A DNA stretch of 64,000 nt. Source: a virus. A program made the translations under genes and the position numbers. The stretch lies in the IMG/VR virus record IMGVR_UViG_3300009514_000005, positions 32,001 through 96,000 of that record; one strand, 5' to 3'. Below the pieces are notes generated by a model. The model searched no databases. It was not told where the DNA came from and saw only the letters and a list, made by a program, of their open reading frames with translations. Shown here piece after piece: positions 55,446 to 64,000 of the stretch (positions are counted from its first letter, which is position 1; every line of letters starts with the position of its first letter).

Positions 55446-57245
55446 TTAAGCCTGACTCGCATCAAATGTTCTTTGTAATCTTAAGTGAATTATTTCAGCG
55501 GCAAGATTTGGCTTAATAAACTCGTCAATAATAATTCTCTTTGTAATTTGAATAGCTTGAGGATTATTGCTTTCGTCAACGACGACTTTGAAAGCCTGCT
55601 TCTTATCCTTGATTCCAGACCCAATGATTCCATCAATAAATTTTTGTTCTAAGTAGTAATCGAGCCTTCCTTTAATCAAACCAAATGTAGATGGACCAAC
55701 ATCTTCAAAGACAATATCTAAAAGACCAACTTCTTGTTCTTTTCGAAGATTAATGAAAAGCCTTCGAATATTTACGTCAGTGTAATCACCAATTACCTGA
55801 AGAGTGCTGTTTCCCCAAATGGCTGTTCCAACATTTCGATCTGATCGGATCGGATTGATTTGAGCTTGGAACACAATGTTTCTGTCTCCCTTGCCGAGAA
55901 CCCTTTCAACTCCTGAAATAAAGTTTAACTTCCCTCGCCTTGTCCCGGCAGGAGCCTTCCCTACGTTTTCACTAAGATCTGTGAAAGCATATCTACCAGC
56001 AACGTGACCACATGGAGGCATTGTAAGGGGCCGATTTCCATTTAGAGGATCAGGAATCTTTACCCATGGGTAATACATTGCAGCGTAACTGGATTGGCTT
56101 TTTAAAGTATTTCTTCGGTAATCAACAGCTTGTTGAGGCGTCTTTCCCTTGGGCGGCTGAAGAATTACGCTCACATCCTTACGACCTTCTGCGTAAGTAA
56201 TAAGAGCCAAATCAGTTGTCGCATCTCCGGCAAAATCAGCAAGGGCTAAAGAGAACTGCTCTTCAATATCATCAAGGGCATAAATACCTCTTTTATCTTG
56301 GACTAATTGTGCCCCAACAACATCATTAGCTGTCACAGTGCTTCCATCATCTCCACCAGAGAGAAAAATAGAAACAGAATCCGCTGGCCTTTTCAGATAA
56401 TCGATTTCTATATCAGCGCCACTCACTGGGGCTGGAATAATTGAAACCGCGAAAACTCCGGTATCATAATCCACAGATCCAGAAACAGATGGCCCACCAG
56501 AAACTCCCTGTAAATTGCCAAGGCCGTCATCAGTTCCGACAACTACATCATCTACCGTGACTTTCATTGTAGTTTCTGCAATAGGAGGACTTACGGCTGT
56601 TCCGGGAAAAGAAGTTGCAATTCCATCACCTGTTCCAATGTTTTCATCCGAGATAGTAATAGGGCTTAATTCAGGAGGAACACCTCCGGCCAAAGCGGTA
56701 AATACAACATCTTCGGAGTCTTCCAAAATTTTAAGAATATAATTTGGATCCAAAGGATCAGTAAGGTTCAAGGTTTCATAAGTTTCTTCAAGCTCGAGAA
56801 GCCCACTTGATGCATCCTTGATTTCAACGTCAATATCAAAAGCCGAATAAGTGGCAGTTGCCTGATCAAAAAGACTCTTGTTCCCCTTGATAGTAATTTT
56901 TCCATCATTGGCCCAAACACCTCTGCCTGAAGCTTGCACCGACCAGGTTCCCGTAAACACGCCAGTAGCATATTCGGCATCGGCAGAAAGCTCTCTTACG
57001 AATATAATACTGTTTCCGCCGTTGAAATCATAAGCCGTGGCCTGATAAGCGTTCAGTGACTTTGTTGAAAAGGTACCAAACCTTGCGATATATTCGTTCA
57101 GGCTCGAGTGAATGAAAGCTTCACCCTCAGGGCCCCTTGGAGAAAAACCAGCAAAAGCAAAAGAAGATGTAGATCCAGGGGGAATCCTGGCTGAACGTCC
57201 TTGTACTTCTTGTGAAATAACATCAGGTGAAAGTAGGTCTACCAT
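55446..57245 (-). CDS. Contractile tail sheath protein
   Basis: LSPDV..QE, FAGFSPRGP, YAAMYYPWV, PPCGHVAG, GKAPAG, IWGNSTL, NIRRLF. Confidence 0.95.
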   Translation of the reverse strand: MVDLLSPDVISQEVQGRSARIPPGSTSSFAFAGFSPRGPEGEAFIHSSLNEYIARFGTFSTKSLNAYQATAYDFNGGNSIIFVRELSADAEYATGVFTGTWSVQASGRGVWANDGKITIKGNKSLFDQATATYSAFDIDVEIKDASSGLLELEETYETLNLTDPLDPNYILKILEDSEDVVFTALAGGVPPELSPITISDENIGTGDGIATSFPGTAVSPPIAETTMKVTVDDVVVGTDDGLGNLQGVSGGPSVSGSVDYDTGVFAVSIIPAPVSGADIEIDYLKRPADSVSIFLSGGDDGSTVTANDVVGAQLVQDKRGIYALDDIEEQFSLALADFAGDATTDLALITYAEGRKDVSVILQPPKGKTPQQAVDYRRNTLKSQSSYAAMYYPWVKIPDPLNGNRPLTMPPCGHVAGRYAFTDLSENVGKAPAGTRRGKLNFISGVERVLGKGDRNIVFQAQINPIRSDRNVGTAIWGNSTLQVIGDYTDVNIRRLFINLRKEQEVGLLDIVFEDVGPSTFGLIKGRLDYYLEQKFIDGIIGSGIKDKKQAFKVVVDESNNPQAIQITKRIIIDEFIKPNLAAEIIHLRLQRTFDASQA

Positions 57246-57271
57246 GACCAGTCTCCTTATTATGTCTTATA

Positions 57272-57967
57272 TTATATCCGGTACATCCTTAAATCTACTC
57301 CGCTTACTGCTGAATTGGAAATATCTTGCTCCGCAAGATCCAACTCCCCTTCAACTCTTATAGAAAACGCATAGCCTTTAACTTTTGTAACTGGGTCAAT
57401 AACTTGCTCTAAACTTGTCACAGAACCTTCTCTGTATGCCTCGTAAGTACGGTCTAAATCCAAATCATCACTTACAAATAATTTACCTATTGCCGGAAAG
57501 ACTTTCAATGCTTTTAGCAAAATTGCTTGAACCGGCGCTTCGTATCTGTCCCATATACTTATAGTATAAGTTATATCATGAGGGATAGCTTGAATTTTTG
57601 ATTCATAATTACAAAAACCGCTCACCCCGTTTACGACGACTTGCGTACCGCTGACGCCTGCCCTGAACTCAAGCTGCCCACCCTCCATCCAACGGCCTAA
57701 GGCCGGGGTAAAATCATCCCTGACAATTGAAATAAATGGGTAAAGTTTTTTAGTGAAAATAGCTTCAGGATTTTCGAAATAAACCCTGACTACGCCGCCC
57801 CCAGTCGCGCCAGGGGCGCTTAGGAAGAAACAAGGATCAGCGGGATCAAACATATTTCCAAAGCCACTAACGGATCCCTCAACGGCCCCCAGGCTGTCTA
57901 CAACGCCACGATCAAAGTTTCTAAGAAATACACTACCCGTTCTAGTCGGATGAATCAGTATCGGCAT
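57272..57967 (-). CDS. Tail terminator / completion protein (gp15-like)
   Basis: YPFISIVR.D..P...R, PHDITYTISIW, GYAFSIRVEGELD, directly upstream of sheath. Confidence 0.6.
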   Translation of the reverse strand: MPILIHPTRTGSVFLRNFDRGVVDSLGAVEGSVSGFGNMFDPADPCFFLSAPGATGGGVVRVYFENPEAIFTKKLYPFISIVRDDFTPALGRWMEGGQLEFRAGVSGTQVVVNGVSGFCNYESKIQAIPHDITYTISIWDRYEAPVQAILLKALKVFPAIGKLFVSDDLDLDRTYEAYREGSVTSLEQVIDPVTKVKGYAFSIRVEGELDLAEQDISNSAVSGVDLRMYRI

Positions 57968-58238
57968 TATCGTTTAGCTCTTCTATTTGTTTTCTTATTT
58001 TTCCAATTGATTCTTTGATCCATTTTTTCTTAACAGATTCAGACTCATCCTCATCTGGAATATCTTCGATTTCTTTTGAATCAATTAATCCGCCAACGAC
58101 ATCAAAAATCACATCAGAAGCCTGGTCCACCTCTTCGTCAGACGGGTTTTCCCCAAGAAGATCGTCAACAATACCAAACAATTGCTCATCGATAATATCT
58201 CCATCTTCGTCTTTTTTTGGCTCTTCATCCATAATCAC
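57942..58238 (-). CDS. Highly acidic small protein
   Basis: D/E-dominated 98 aa. Confidence 0.55.
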   Translation of the reverse strand: MIMDEEPKKDEDGDIIDEQLFGIVDDLLGENPSDEEVDQASDVIFDVVGGLIDSKEIEDIPDEDESESVKKKWIKESIGKIRKQIEELNDNADTDSSD

Positions 58239-58269
58239 TCCGTCTTGTAAGATATGAGTATATATTACT

Positions 58270-59079
58270 CTACCCCTTAACAGCTTTTCGAATCTTATTC
58301 TGAAACAGTTGAATTCTCTTTATATCTTGTTTGGTTGCGAAGGTCCTTAAATGAGTTTTTCTCTTATATTTTTTAAAGCTAGGATCAGTAATTGACTTAA
58401 TAAGGTCTTTTTCCTTCATAAGTGTTCGGACCCCTTGCTTTAGGCCATGCTTTATCGCTGGCCTCCAGTGGGCTTTCCCACCAGGGACCATTCCAAATTC
58501 TTGCCGCAATGCCTCAACCTCTAGCTCTGTCACTACCTTGAGCTTTTTTTGAACGGAAAATCTTGGCTCAAAGAGTAAATCAAACCTCTTCATGGCCGCA
58601 ATAATATCTCCCATTTGCTGCTTTTTTTGATTCGCAACTTGTCTTACCTTGGCGTCCCCGACCTCTTCAATAATCACAACAGCCTGCCTAGCACTAGGAG
58701 CAAATGGAATCGTCTCAATCGTCCATGGACTGAACCTCTCGAGAATTTCTCCAACTGGATTTTCTTCTCCATCATATCGGCCAACCACCCTGATGACCGA
58801 TCTTGATGCGGCGAATTCATCTGATTCCAGAGGAAGGGATTTTGCAATAATAGTCCACCAGGCTCGATTACCTTTATCTCTAATCTCGGCAACTATGAGG
58901 GATTTTTTATATCTAGTAGATCCTGGGATTTGAGAAATTCTACCAAGAAGATCTTCATGAACAATCCGCGTAATTCTTTTCCCAAATTCAAACAAAAACC
59001 AATCATATCGCTTGAGCATTTCTTCATCGAAAAGGCGCTCAAATCTTTTCCACCATTGGTTTTTTTTGATTTCTATCAT
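58270..59079 (-). CDS. Hypothetical virion morphogenesis (neck-region) protein
   Basis: GKAHWRPAIK motif as in tail-completion proteins, position. Confidence 0.5.
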   Translation of the reverse strand: MIEIKKNQWWKRFERLFDEEMLKRYDWFLFEFGKRITRIVHEDLLGRISQIPGSTRYKKSLIVAEIRDKGNRAWWTIIAKSLPLESDEFAASRSVIRVVGRYDGEENPVGEILERFSPWTIETIPFAPSARQAVVIIEEVGDAKVRQVANQKKQQMGDIIAAMKRFDLLFEPRFSVQKKLKVVTELEVEALRQEFGMVPGGKAHWRPAIKHGLKQGVRTLMKEKDLIKSITDPSFKKYKRKTHLRTFATKQDIKRIQLFQNKIRKAVKG

Positions 59080-59474
59080 GCACGACTTCCCGGACCATAT
59101 CCATGCATTACGTCCATATAATCATTGAAAGCTAATCCTTGAGACATCGCCTTGAGGCCCAAAACGGCGAGAGAAAGTCTTTCGGGATCAATCTTTTCTC
59201 GAGGAATAAAAACAAGGTCACCATAATCAATCATTTTTAGCCAATGACTTTGCTCTACTTTTTTGGCTCTGTCCCCATGGATATAATAAACCCATCCTTT
59301 TCGAACGAAAAAAAAGATAACATAATTTTTATTACCCTTTACAGTCTCGGCTTCAAAGACAGCCCCCATCTCAAAAACACCGGCCTCAGTTCTTATGTAT
59401 GGAGTAATATCAGACCGAGATTTACCCAGGCTAGCTATGTGTTGTTCATATTCATCAAGTTCTTTCTGGCTCAT
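59076..59474 (-). CDS. Hypothetical protein
   Basis: 132-aa ORF coupled to neighbours. Confidence 0.55.
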   Translation of the reverse strand: MSQKELDEYEQHIASLGKSRSDITPYIRTEAGVFEMGAVFEAETVKGNKNYVIFFFVRKGWVYYIHGDRAKKVEQSHWLKMIDYGDLVFIPREKIDPERLSLAVLGLKAMSQGLAFNDYMDVMHGYGPGSRA

Positions 59475-59664
59475 TCAACAATCTCCCATCTTTATAACGA
59501 CTAGAAAATTCACGCATCAACTTTACTAATGTTTCACGAACATATAAATTATTGCTTTTAACCGTACCTATAAAATCCCTAGCAACATCTTCTTCTAGGA
59601 AAAATTTAAAAGGTCTCTTTTTAACATCCATGTTTTCTTCTACAAAAAAATCAATCTTGTCCAT
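59455..59664 (-). CDS. Small RHH-like protein
   Basis: RPFKFFLEEDVARDF...VRETLVKLMREF, start refined to ATG 59664. Confidence 0.4.
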   Translation of the reverse strand: MDKIDFFVEENMDVKKRPFKFFLEEDVARDFIGTVKSNNLYVRETLVKLMREFSSRYKDGRLLNEPERT

Positions 59665-60391
59665 CTCTCGCTCCTTGAGAAGCAACGAAGTCAATCCAAC
59701 TATTCTTTTCTCCTAAATCTGCCCATTCACCCTTTATTTGAACTACCCTTAATCTATCTTTCTTTAAATACATTTTTAAAACATCTGTTATTTCAAGTTC
59801 TCCACGCTCCGAAGGAGATAACTCTTCCACCCTTGCAAAAACATCCCCAGGAAAATAATAAAGACCAGTTAGTATTCTATCATGCTGCGGACTACTGGGC
59901 TTCTCTATGATCTCCACAGGACCATCATCATCATAGATTACCTGCCCAAAGGATTTAGCCTTTTCTTTATCCCCAAGAGCATATTCGAAAGCGTAAGCGT
60001 AATGAGGATGAGGACAATCCAAATCAATCGCTAATTGTTTTTCTGAAAAATAATTATCCCCAAGTATCAAAAGAACTCCAATCGGAGCCCTGTCGTTTAT
60101 TGAAACTCTTTTGAAAATATCAGCAATACCTTTTGGTTCTGGCTGGAATGCATAGCTCACCTTGTCAAACCCATACTTGTCACCATCCTGGATATAATCA
60201 ACCACCTGGCTCGCATGATTAGACCCAGTTACAATAGTCACGTTCTTGATATCATGCCTTCTTAAAAACTCGAGAGGATGATCCACCATGAGGCCATCAC
60301 CAGTAGGAATGAGATGTTTGTTTAAAAATTTGGTTACCGGAGCCATTCTTGAACCAGATCCACCACAAGCAACTATGGTCAACATAATCAT
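59651..60391 (-). CDS. rmlA: Glucose-1-phosphate thymidylyltransferase (short form)
   Basis: GGSGSRMAPVT...KHLIP, QPEPKGIA, LGDN, EKP, SERGELEITDV, WADLG. Confidence 0.9.
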   Translation of the reverse strand: MIMLTIVACGGSGSRMAPVTKFLNKHLIPTGDGLMVDHPLEFLRRHDIKNVTIVTGSNHASQVVDYIQDGDKYGFDKVSYAFQPEPKGIADIFKRVSINDRAPIGVLLILGDNYFSEKQLAIDLDCPHPHYAYAFEYALGDKEKAKSFGQVIYDDDGPVEIIEKPSSPQHDRILTGLYYFPGDVFARVEELSPSERGELEITDVLKMYLKKDRLRVVQIKGEWADLGEKNSWIDFVASQGARDGQD

Positions 60392-60933
60392 TCTCCTTGA
60401 TATTCAAATGGCGACTCAAAATCCTTGAGCTTCGGAAGGTTTAGATCTTTCATGGAAACACCGATCCTATCTAGATCACCCCATGGCAATCCAAGACTGG
60501 CGTCAGAAGGATCAATGCCTCCATCGGATTCTTTGTCCCACTCCTCGGTACACATATAAAGAAACCTTGTACTGTCTTTTTTAGACCAAAAACCATGAGC
60601 AAATCCAGGAGGAATGTAAACAGATATTCCATCCGGCTTTAACTCGAACGTATCGACTTGGCCGTAAGTAGGGGATCCCTTTCTGAGATCCATGGCAACA
60701 TCTGTAACGTAACCAGACAAAACCCTGATTAATTTTCCTTGGGGATTATGTTTTTGAAAATGAAGACCACGCACCATATCTTTTTCGGATACAGACATAT
60801 TCACTTGCTTAAAGCTGGGAAGAAAATCCATGTCAGACCTCTTATATAGCTCAGTAAAAGATCCACGAATATCCTCAAAAATATAGTTTTTCATTAAATA
60901 ACAACCACTCTTGGTCTTACTGAGATACCCCAT
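60388..60933 (-). CDS. rmlC: dTDP-4-dehydrorhamnose 3,5-epimerase
   Basis: DIRGSFTE, VRGLHFQ, QGKLIRV, DLRKGSPTYG, IPPGFAHGF, start refined to 60933. Confidence 0.95.
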   Translation of the reverse strand: MGYLSKTKSGCYLMKNYIFEDIRGSFTELYKRSDMDFLPSFKQVNMSVSEKDMVRGLHFQKHNPQGKLIRVLSGYVTDVAMDLRKGSPTYGQVDTFELKPDGISVYIPPGFAHGFWSKKDSTRFLYMCTEEWDKESDGGIDPSDASLGLPWGDLDRIGVSMKDLNLPKLKDFESPFEYQGE

Positions 60934-61816
60934 TATACAGCTCCATATTAAATTTATTTCTAATGTAAAACTTAACATCGTCTTGCCAACTGCCCATGCT
61001 TCCCAGCTTTAACAATTCTTTTATTTTTAATGGACTCATAGAAGTGTTTTTCGGACGACGAGCTTTGCCGAACTTAAGATCGTCAACCCCATGGACCAAC
61101 CATTGATACTCATAAGAGATTCCGTTTACAATGAAATCTGCAACTTCACATCTCGTTGCGAAATCATCGTGTGTTAAGTGATAAGTCCCGTTTGGAATAA
61201 AACTAAGCCCCTTAGCCATCATCCTACAAACCATCTCAATAATTACGAAGGCCAGCCAATCAGTCGAACAAGGGGATCCTGTTTGAGAATGAGTCACTTC
61301 GATAACCTTTTTATCGATGACTGATTGTGTTACCCAGTCTATAAAATTAAATCTAGTTTTTCCAAATAACCACTGAACCCTTAGAATGATCGAAGGAGTT
61401 CCGAGTAATCCCATCTCGCCATTTAATTTAGATTTTCCGTATTCCTGAATAGGACTAGGTTTATCCTCTTCGATATAAGGATCTTCTTTTTCACCATCAA
61501 AAACATAATCAGTACTAATATGGATTAATTTGGCCCCATATGCTTTACAAGTTTGGCCTAAAAATCTAACGCCATCTCCATTGATTAAATTAGCTACTTC
61601 GCTTTGACTCTCACACTTGTCTACGTCAGTGAATGCCGCAGCATTTATGACAATAGATGGCTTAACTTTTTCAAAGAATTTTCTAACACCAATGTTATTC
61701 GTAAGGTCTAAAGACTTATGAGTAGTAAGGATATGGCTTACCTGTCTGATTGAAAGCTGAGCCCTAAGGCTAGAACCCAACATTCCTTCGGCACCCAAAA
61801 CAACGATCATCGTCAA
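60917..61816 (-). CDS. rmlD: dTDP-4-dehydrorhamnose reductase
   Basis: GAEGMLG, NAAAFTDVDKCE, HISTDYVFDG, YGKSKLNGE, RRPKNTSM. Confidence 0.95.
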   Translation of the reverse strand: MTMIVVLGAEGMLGSSLRAQLSIRQVSHILTTHKSLDLTNNIGVRKFFEKVKPSIVINAAAFTDVDKCESQSEVANLINGDGVRFLGQTCKAYGAKLIHISTDYVFDGEKEDPYIEEDKPSPIQEYGKSKLNGEMGLLGTPSIILRVQWLFGKTRFNFIDWVTQSVIDKKVIEVTHSQTGSPCSTDWLAFVIIEMVCRMMAKGLSFIPNGTYHLTHDDFATRCEVADFIVNGISYEYQWLVHGVDDLKFGKARRPKNTSMSPLKIKELLKLGSMGSWQDDVKFYIRNKFNMELYNGVSQ

Positions 61817-61842
61817 CTCCGTTCAACAATTCAACCTTATTA

Positions 61843-62907
61843 CTAACTAATAGCTTTTCCAATATCTATTCTTTTTTTCCTAAGGGTACGTTGAGATCCA
61901 AAGCGATGAAATTTCCGAGACATCTGAGATATAAGGCTTCGCTTGCTATACATTCGTCTTACCGCAGCAACAACTGCATTCTGAACATCTTCAGGACTTT
62001 GAAATTTTGGAATCTTACCCGTCTGCTCCAGCTCGCCAAGAACCAATAGCATTCCATCAACAAACTTTTCAAGAGTATCGTCATCAATATGTTTAAAAAA
62101 ATCCTGAACAGTTGTCTCTTTTTCTGGCTCTTGGCCGACAGGGTTATCCTCATCTTCTTCTTTCAAAAGATTAACAATTCCGTTTAAATCCTCATAAACC
62201 TGATCAATTACTTTGCTAGCCATATTATCCTCCGATTCTTTTTTCTGAAGCCTCACTTCCTCTAATCCCAATGCTACCATTACGCCATGAAGCTCTCTTT
62301 TGAATTCATTAGAATAGCGATAGACATCTACTCTCATCTTTGGACTATCCTTAAACTTTTTATCTTCCTTATCAGAATGCTTAGCGTCCATTGCATCAAC
62401 AGCAGGGACATCTACAATATCCAAAACATCAGAACCTACAAGGGCACCAAGAAGAGCTTTTGTATCAAACCTTGGGGCATCAAGACCGCCCTTTTCTGCT
62501 CCACCTAATGTGACAGGAAAGCCCACTTCTTTTGAAAACTTAACAAAAACAGTAAAAACATCAGGAGCAAATATTACAGACAGGGCATCTCTTTTATTGA
62601 AAAAATCCCAAATATCATCCCAATCATCATCAGAAAGACCTCTAAATTCTGGCTCACCACTAAGCTCTTGTTGGAAAACCTCGGCGGTATTGGCCTCGTT
62701 TGCCTCTGAAATCGATATTCCCCTAAAGGCTGCGCTTAAAACAAAGGAATCAATACCTTCCTTTATGCCTTTATAAATGCTCGTAACGAGACCCCAATCG
62801 CGATCGGTAAACTCCGACTCCCCTTTTTTTCTAGACCTTTCCACGGCGGCTTTGGCTCTTTTCCATTTTGTTTCTTGAGCCTTGGTCTTAACCATATTGC
62901 TTGGCAT
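61843..62907 (-). CDS. Hypothetical protein with ChaB-like N-terminus
   Basis: ETKWKRAK.AV...DRDWGLVTSIYKGI resembles ChaB-like helices, acidic remainder. Confidence 0.5.
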   Translation of the reverse strand: MPSNMVKTKAQETKWKRAKAAVERSRKKGESEFTDRDWGLVTSIYKGIKEGIDSFVLSAAFRGISISEANEANTAEVFQQELSGEPEFRGLSDDDWDDIWDFFNKRDALSVIFAPDVFTVFVKFSKEVGFPVTLGGAEKGGLDAPRFDTKALLGALVGSDVLDIVDVPAVDAMDAKHSDKEDKKFKDSPKMRVDVYRYSNEFKRELHGVMVALGLEEVRLQKKESEDNMASKVIDQVYEDLNGIVNLLKEEDEDNPVGQEPEKETTVQDFFKHIDDDTLEKFVDGMLLVLGELEQTGKIPKFQSPEDVQNAVVAAVRRMYSKRSLISQMSRKFHRFGSQRTLRKKRIDIGKAIS

Positions 62908-63164
62908 TAATATTTCCTTATCCGAATAAGAGCTTCGTCCAATCGATTGGAGATTGAATTCAAATTAATTTTACAGATAAAATTATCTTCCTCTATTTTT
63001 TTACGTGGTCGCCCTCTTTTCTTTTCAGGCTCTTCCTGTCGACCCTCCGTTTCTTCTAGTCTTTCACCCCAATCCGAAAATAAATAATCATCAACAACCC
63101 TAGACTCCTTGCTTATGGCTTCGCCAATCATTCGATCTAAATCACCTAAGCTATCAAAATCCAT
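62907..63164 (-). CDS. Hypothetical protein
   Basis: 85 aa with an AT-hook-like KKRGRPRKK. Confidence 0.5.
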   Translation of the reverse strand: MDFDSLGDLDRMIGEAISKESRVVDDYLFSDWGERLEETEGRQEEPEKKRGRPRKKIEEDNFICKINLNSISNRLDEALIRIRKY

Positions 63165-63691
63165 TAAAGGGCTCCGCCATCAGGCAATTTTCTCTCTGGT
63201 ATAAATGAATCATGCCTTACAAAGTCACAGATATACTGAGTCCAAACATCAGAGTCATTTTCCCATCCATCTCGCTCAACTTTTTTTAGCTCAAAAAACC
63301 ATCTCTTGTCTGGAATATTTGAAAATAATTCAAATACATCACCTTCCTTTACTCTATCTCCTTCCGAAGTAGCTGGCACATTTTTATCTTCAAGATTTTT
63401 TCGACTAAAATAAATCACGCCATCTCGAGTAATGTCTAAACCATGAGGAGTTCCGTCAGAAGTTCTAACTGGTTTCTGAAAAAGACCCAACACTTCAAAT
63501 GGATAATAATTAGTTCCAACCGGGCCATTCGCGTCAACGATTGGCTCACCGTATAAGCAATCGATTTCAGCCATTGATGTTGGCTTGGTGAATGTCCAAA
63601 GAATCAGATTATCGGTACCGGCGAGAGTAAGAACCTCAACGTTGACCTGATCATAAAATGTTTGCTCAGAATTATTAAGTAAAGTTCCCAT
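63164..63691 (-). CDS. Neck / head-tail connector protein (gp14-like)
   Basis: D.LYGEP, FSRKNL......VKEGDVFELF...WFFELKKV. Confidence 0.6.
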   Translation of the reverse strand: MGTLLNNSEQTFYDQVNVEVLTLAGTDNLILWTFTKPTSMAEIDCLYGEPIVDANGPVGTNYYPFEVLGLFQKPVRTSDGTPHGLDITRDGVIYFSRKNLEDKNVPATSEGDRVKEGDVFELFSNIPDKRWFFELKKVERDGWENDSDVWTQYICDFVRHDSFIPERKLPDGGAL

Positions 63692-63700
63692 ACCATCATT

Positions 63701-63898
63701 CTACAATCTTTGAATCACCTTGAGTAGAATCTCTCTGTTTCTTCTCACTTCACTAGACAAATAATCCTCACCAGCAGATTTTAGCTCTATCTCAATTCTG
63801 CCAAGTTCTGTTATTACTTCTTTGATTTTTTGATGAGCTGGGAGTTCTAATTTTTCTAACAAAGGGAGACCAAAGTTATCAACATCAGGAAGGTTCAT
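63701..63898 (-). CDS. Hypothetical protein
   Basis: 65-aa helical ORF. Confidence 0.45.
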   Translation of the reverse strand: MNLPDVDNFGLPLLEKLELPAHQKIKEVITELGRIEIELKSAGEDYLSSEVRRNREILLKVIQRL

Positions 63899-63907
63899 GG
63901 GCTGCCC

Positions 63908-63934
63908 CTAAAGGAAAGGGGCCTAAGCCCCCTT
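63908..63934 (-). terminator. Intrinsic terminator after a gene entering from the right edge
   Basis: GGGGC-TTAG-GCCCC-TTTCCTTT just after the stop of ...EMKKEIKRKK*. Confidence 0.5.
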
Positions 63935-64000
63935 CTTCATTTTTTCTTTTAATTTCTTTTTCATTTCGTCAGAGAGAGCCTTGCCTTTCCCTTCAGTAAT

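Noticed and set aside
46236-57245. Stand-alone extracellular contractile injection system or tailocin
   Set aside because: The tail genes are CIS-like but are contiguous with neck genes and a full phage replication module, so a phage is the better reading.

Overview
A 64-kb internal segment of a large contractile-tailed (myovirus-type) bacteriophage or prophage genome, almost entirely encoded on the minus strand. Reading in transcription order (right to left): neck and tail-completion genes, sheath, two tube-family proteins, tail chaperone with a likely -1 frameshift, tape measure, hub, spike, baseplate wedges, a 2319-aa fibre and a holin. These are followed by a block of small early or accessory genes and then a recombination and replication module (UvrD, HTH initiator with internal iterons, degenerate DnaC, DnaB, DnaG, SSB, SF2 helicase, Cas4-like nuclease, ParB-like). 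The standout is a dispersed but apparently complete phage-encoded pathway for making and decorating a glycan. It comprises all four dTDP-L-rhamnose enzymes (rmlD-C-A among the neck/tail genes, rmlB 31 kb away), three glycosyltransferase domains (GT2-GT9 fusion, GT4-like) beside the primase, and an inverted plus-strand cassette (DUF2061, APS kinase fused to a HIGH-type nucleotidyltransferase, sulfotransferase) abutting a SAM methyltransferase, with a PAPS-reductase-like gene nearby. Structural proteins are enriched in a VSG motif, a candidate acceptor site. The target (virion, DNA or host surface) is inferred, not shown. No tRNA, rRNA, CRISPR array, integrase or capsid gene was seen. All family assignments come from motif recognition by eye, without database searches.
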